Shown here in pieces: positions 59,734 to 64,000 of a stretch of DNA of 64,000 nt (the first letter of the stretch is position 1; every line of letters starts with the position of its first letter). The translations under genes were made by a program, and so were the position numbers. The notes under the pieces are model-generated. The model was given only the letters and a program-made list of their open reading frames with translations. It had not been told where the DNA came from and ran no database searches. Source of the DNA: an uncultured Candidatus Binatia bacterium (GTDB lineage Bacteria; Desulfobacterota; Binatia; Bin18); contig OZ241744.1 of assembly GCA_965200965.1 (NCBI GenBank), positions 1,472,001 through 1,536,000 of the forward strand, written 5' to 3'.

Positions 59734-60066
59734 GTGGAACTCATTATCATCGGCCTTGTTGGGGTGCTGTTTGGCTGCGGGACCTATCTCCTGCTCCAGC
59801 GGCATCTGCTCCAGGTCATTATTGGGCTGTCGCTCTACTCGCACGCCGCCAACCTGGCGCTGATGGTGTCGGGCGGCCTCAAGCGCGGCAACCCGCCGGT
59901 GCTCAGCGTCGGCCCCCCCTATACCGACCCCCTGCCCCAGGCCCTGGTCCTGACCGCTATCGTGATCAGCTTCGGCATGACCGCCTTTGCCACCGTGCTG
60001 GCCTTTCGCACCCGCCAGGTGTGCGACTCAAACGACATGAATGAACTGGCCGGCGGAGAAGAGTGA
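59734..60066 (+). CDS. mrpC: Mrp subunit C
   Basis: YTDPLPQALVLTAIVISFG. Confidence 0.95.
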   Translation: MELIIIGLVGVLFGCGTYLLLQRHLLQVIIGLSLYSHAANLALMVSGGLKRGNPPVLSVGPPYTDPLPQALVLTAIVISFGMTAFATVLAFRTRQVCDSNDMNELAGGEE

Positions 60067-60085
60067 TAAAAACAAGGAGGTCCTG

Positions 60086-61276
60086 ATGTACGCTCTCGTC
60101 TTTGCTTTGGCTTTGTTCTTTGCAGTTCCCGCTCTGACTTACGCAAGGACTCTTGATGTTCCACGCAACGGGGACAAACTCTCGGGCATTGGGATCATCC
60201 ATGGCTGGAAGTGTACCGCGGAGGGGGAAATTACTGTCTCCTTCAATAATGGGCCCTCCATTCCCACGACCTATGGGTTTCCCCGTGGAGATACTAGCGC
60301 AGTGTGTGGGGACGATGGGCGAAACGGCTTTTATACCTTCTTTAACTGGGCAATCCTCGGCGATGGAGAACACACCGCGGTGGCCTCTGATAATGGCGTG
60401 GAGTTTACCCGGAGTACGTTCACGGTGACAACCACCGGGGAGGAGTTTCTGACCGGAGCAAATGCACGGATCACAGTTGAGGATTTTCCGTCGCCCGGGG
60501 AGATGACAGCGCTTGAGTGGAATCAGAGTACCCAGCGTTTCGAGATGGTCAGCGTCTCACAAACATCTGGGCGAACGATGACCGACCGCCCAGACGACAT
60601 CAGCGGTGCGCAGATACACCTCATACATGTACTTCCCAGTGATGGTGTAGATGAACATCTCGATACAAACGGAACCATCGAAACCTCAGTAACCGCAATC
60701 CAGAACTATCTTTCTCTCAGGGTATCTCGGCAGTTACGACTGGATACATTTCAGGGCGGTCCCGACATAACATTTTTTAGGAGTGCGCTAACGGATACGC
60801 AAATGGCCGCAGAGGGTCCATATGTGAGGGCCAGATTGAAAGAGAACTCTCACAGGCTGGTCGGCTGTCAGCCGATAAACTCTATGCGGTCTACTATGGC
60901 GGCAAAAGTACATTCGCCTGCGGCGGTGCTGCGTGGCCTCCTGTCCTCCCCGGTGTCGTTGCCGCTCTGTACCTGAACGGCGAGCCGCCAGGCCGCTCCC
61001 CCGTGTAACACCAACCCACTGGGAACGAGTCCAACGACTATGGGCTACTGGGAGTTTGCCATGCTACACGAGTTATTCCACTTGCTCGGCGCAGTATCCA
61101 CGGATGCGCCTAACCATGTGCTACGCGGCCATGTAGGCGACGATCCAAGGGACTTGATGTACGCTGGGTCCCAGCCTTGTCAACCGCAATTCATCGACAT
61201 AGGACGGAACGATTACTACGGCCATAATAACCCCAGCCTACTTGACCTAGGGGACAGCCCTTATCTCTCTCAGTAA
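60086..61276 (+). pseudogene. secreted two-domain protein with C-terminal zincin motif, two compensating frameshifts
   Basis: aaggagg RBS, signal peptide, SGIGIIHGWKC domain; shifted frame at ~60838-60993 reads ELSQAGRLSADKLYAVYYGG...ACGG..WP...ALYL, then HELFHLLG. Confidence 0.7.
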
Positions 61277-61356
61277 GTCCACGTCAGGCACGGCGCATTG
61301 GATGGGAAGTGCTGGGGACCTCATGTTCGGTTGATTTTTACCGCTTGGCTGTCCAT

Positions 61357-62847
61357 ATGCTGCACGAGCTTTTCATCCTGTTTATCATCGGGCCGGTCGT
61401 GGCCGCCGCCGCGCTGACCGCGTTTCCGCGTTGGCCGGTCCTGCAACGCCGGCTGAGCGTGGCCTGTATCGGCGGGCTGTGGCTTCTGTCCCTGGCCAGC
61501 CTGTTCTACGTCTGGAGCAGCGGCATCGTGGTGCTGCGCATGGGCAACTGGCCGCCGCCGTTCGGGATCATCCTGGTGGCCGATGCGCTGAGCATGACCA
61601 TGGTCGGGCTGAATATGACGGTCGCCCTGGCCGTCAGCCTGTTTTCCCTGGCCTCCATTGACACCCAACGCCAGGAGCATTTCTATTTCCCGCTGTTTCT
61701 CATCCTGCTGATGGGGGTCAACGGCGCGTTCCTGACCGGCGACCTGTTCAATCTGTTTGTGTTCTTTGAGATTGTGCTGATCGCGTCCTTCGCCCTGCTG
61801 GTCTTAGGCTCCGAGCCGGGCCAACTGCGCGAGACGATCAAATACCTGGTCCTCAATCTGCTCGCCTCCACCTTCTTCCTGATCGCCCTGGCCGTCACCT
61901 ACCGCAGCCTGGGCACGCTGAATATGGCCGACCTCGCTCTGAAAATACAGGCGGCACCAGACAGCCCGCTGCTGACCGTTCTGGCCCTGCTGTTTCTGTT
62001 CGTCTTCGGCTCCAAGGCAGCCATCTTTCCACTGTACTTCTGGCTGCCCGGCCCCTACTTCCAGCCCCCGGCCGGCATGAGCGCCTTCTTTGGCGGCATG
62101 TTGACCAAGGTCGGGGTGTACGCCATCTTCCGCACCTTTACCCTGCTGTTCCGCCACGACCCGGCCCTGACCCACGAACTGATCCTCGTCCTGGCCGCCG
62201 TGAGCATGCTGCTCGGCGTGTTCGGGGCCCTCTCCCAGGTCGATATGAAGCGCATTCTGTCCTACCACATCATCAGTCAGATCGGCTATCTGATGCTGGG
62301 CATCGGCCTGCTGAGCCGCCAAGCTCTGGCCGGCGTCCTGTTCTTCATGGTGCCCTATGTGCTGTCCAAATCGGCCCTCTTTCTGATTGCCGGAGTAGTC
62401 CAGCGCGTAACCGGCACGACCTCCCTCAAAATCATCGGCGGCCTCCAGTCCTCCTCCTGGCCGCTCAGCGGCCTGTTCCTGATCGCCGCCCTGAGCTTGG
62501 CCGGCATCCCACCGCTGGCCGGCTTTTTCAGCAAATTCATCGTTCTTCAGGCCGGCGTCGAAGCCGCCCGCTACGGCTATGCCGGCATTGGGCTGGTGGG
62601 CGGGCTGTTGACCCTGGCCTCTATGCTCAAAATCTGGAACGGGGTGTTCTGGGGACCCGAACAGGGCGAGCGCCGGCCGGTGGCCTTGAAACCGCTGCTG
62701 CCCGGCATTATGCTCCTGGTGGCCGGCATTGTGTGGATTGGCCTGTTTCCAGGCGTCCTCTACAGTGTGGCCGAGGTCGCCGCCCGGCAGGCGTATGAAC
62801 CGCGGGCATATATTGAGGCGGTGCTCGGACCGGCCGCCGGCCCCTGA
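61357..62847 (+). CDS. mrpD: Mrp subunit D
   Basis: GNWPPPFGIILVAD, GAFLTGDLFNLFVFFE, FPLYFWLP, LTKVGVY, GIPPLAGF. Confidence 0.95.
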   Translation: MLHELFILFIIGPVVAAAALTAFPRWPVLQRRLSVACIGGLWLLSLASLFYVWSSGIVVLRMGNWPPPFGIILVADALSMTMVGLNMTVALAVSLFSLASIDTQRQEHFYFPLFLILLMGVNGAFLTGDLFNLFVFFEIVLIASFALLVLGSEPGQLRETIKYLVLNLLASTFFLIALAVTYRSLGTLNMADLALKIQAAPDSPLLTVLALLFLFVFGSKAAIFPLYFWLPGPYFQPPAGMSAFFGGMLTKVGVYAIFRTFTLLFRHDPALTHELILVLAAVSMLLGVFGALSQVDMKRILSYHIISQIGYLMLGIGLLSRQALAGVLFFMVPYVLSKSALFLIAGVVQRVTGTTSLKIIGGLQSSSWPLSGLFLIAALSLAGIPPLAGFFSKFIVLQAGVEAARYGYAGIGLVGGLLTLASMLKIWNGVFWGPEQGERRPVALKPLLPGIMLLVAGIVWIGLFPGVLYSVAEVAARQAYEPRAYIEAVLGPAAGP

Positions 62848-62888
62848 GCCAGCCGCCCCCAGACCGGCCTTCCAAGCGCGTATTTGTC

Positions 62889-63368
62889 ATGCTGCCCCAT
62901 TTTACGCTGCACCTCACCCTCGCCTTTGCCTGGTGTCTGCTGGAGAACGACATCTCGCTGCGGCAGTTTCTGACCGGCTACCTGATCGGCATTGGTGCCA
63001 TGCTATTCTTTCCCCGTTCCTTTCAGCAGGAATCGCGCTATGTCCGCAAAGTCCTGCTAAGCGTGCGCCTGCTCGGCTTTTTTCTCAAAGAGCTGACCGT
63101 GGCCAACATTGATGTGCTCAAGCAGATCCTGGCCCCGCGGCTCAACACCCGCTCCGGGATTCTGGCCTACCCGCTTGAGGTCCGCCACGCTATCCTGATT
63201 ACCCTGCTGGCCAATATGATTACCCTCACGCCGGGCACTCTGTCGGTTGAGGTCTCGCCGGACCGTCGCCTGTTGTTCATCCATTTTCTCGACATCGCGG
63301 ATATTGAGGAAGAGAAACGGAAAATCAAAGACGGCTTTGAGCGTTATCTGCTGCTGATTGCCGAGTAA
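62889..63368 (+). CDS. mrpE: Mrp subunit E
   Basis: LLANMITLTPGTL, FIHFLD, IKDGFE. Confidence 0.93.
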   Translation: MLPHFTLHLTLAFAWCLLENDISLRQFLTGYLIGIGAMLFFPRSFQQESRYVRKVLLSVRLLGFFLKELTVANIDVLKQILAPRLNTRSGILAYPLEVRHAILITLLANMITLTPGTLSVEVSPDRRLLFIHFLDIADIEEEKRKIKDGFERYLLLIAE

Positions 63369-63382
63369 TCTCCGGGACGCAC

Positions 63383-63670
63383 ATGGTTGAGCGCATCTGT
63401 CTTGTTGTACTCGGGGGCATTACCCTCTCTATTCTGCTCAGCGCCTACCGGGTGCTCCGGGGCCCGACCGTCCCCGACCGGATCATCGCCCTGGACAACA
63501 TTTCGATCAATCTGGTGGCGGCAATTATTGTCATCTCTATCCGGGCCAGGAGCGCGATGTACATCGATGTGGCCCTGGTGCTGGCCGTGCTGTCGTTTCT
63601 GGGCACAGTGGCCGCGGCCCGCTATCTGTTAGCAGGAACCCCTATTGATGGACGTCCCACCGACTCTTGA
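63383..63670 (+). CDS. mrpF: Mrp subunit F
   Basis: RVLRGPTVPDRIIALD, LSFLGTVAAARY. Confidence 0.93.
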   Translation: MVERICLVVLGGITLSILLSAYRVLRGPTVPDRIIALDNISINLVAAIIVISIRARSAMYIDVALVLAVLSFLGTVAAARYLLAGTPIDGRPTDS

Positions 63671-64000
63671 AATCATCATGAGCGGCCTGCTGCTCCTGGG
63701 CCTGTTTTTTCTGCTGACCGGTACCTTTGGTCTGCTGCGGCTCAAAGATGTCTATTCACGGATGCACGCCACGAGCAAGAGCAGCACCTTTGGCGTGGCC
63801 GGGGTATTGCTGGCAGCCGTGTTTGATTCCCGTGTGTTGGACCTGCACTCAGGGCTCAAGGAGGGTCTGCTCCTCGGCTTCCTTTTTCTCACCGTCCCGA
63901 TCAGCGCCCATATGATCGCCCGGGCCGCCTACCGGACTGGCGTATCCATGTGGCTGGGCGGGGTGGTTGACGAACTGGAGGAATGGGAGGACGAACAGCG
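63648..64000 (+). CDS. mrpG: Mrp subunit G (runs off window end)
   Basis: Manual translation from ATG 63648: ...GLLRLKDVYSRMHATSKSSTFG...FLTVPISAHMIARAAY. Confidence 0.9.
   Translation, partial: MDVPPTLEIIMSGLLLLGLFFLLTGTFGLLRLKDVYSRMHATSKSSTFGVAGVLLAAVFDSRVLDLHSGLKEGLLLGFLFLTVPISAHMIARAAYRTGVSMWLGGVVDELEEWEDEQ

Overview
GC-rich bacterial chromosomal window. Gene content (several LLM oxidoreductases, amidohydrolases, PQQ, hopanoid cyclase, ACIII) resembles Binatota-like or sponge-associated deltaproteobacteria; this is inference only. Recognisable modules: catabolic oxidoreductases and hydrolases (0.8-8 kb); a Zorya type II defence operon (8.2-11.1 kb); eno with a divergent ftsB; alternative complex III actA-B-CD-E-F (31.1-38.4 kb); a PQQ dehydrogenase plus pqqABCDE; a CoA-transferase; shc; an AT-rich ApeA-like HEPN gene; an MMPL transporter; and an Mrp antiporter operon interrupted by a frameshifted zincin gene. 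Two things stand out and are not resolved by the ORF track. (1) A single 337-aa reading frame (11099-12112, minus) fuses a rhodanese domain with two in-frame UGA codons (Y-U-T-U-P at the YCxCP site, followed by a hairpin) to a class III nucleotide cyclase: a candidate di-selenocysteine sensor cyclase. (2) A ~9 kb tandem locus (21.9-31 kb) holds four mosaic secreted 15-residue SVSGG-repeat proteins that represent all four combinations of two N-modules and two C-modules. It is interleaved with orphan CRISPR-like mini-arrays (27-28 nt repeat, 60-61 nt period) carrying 3, 4 and 1 repeats, with shared spacers and no cas genes in the window. Several gene remnants are also visible. No rRNA, tRNA or transposase was recognised. 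All calls come from manual reading and motif recognition; no database searches were run.
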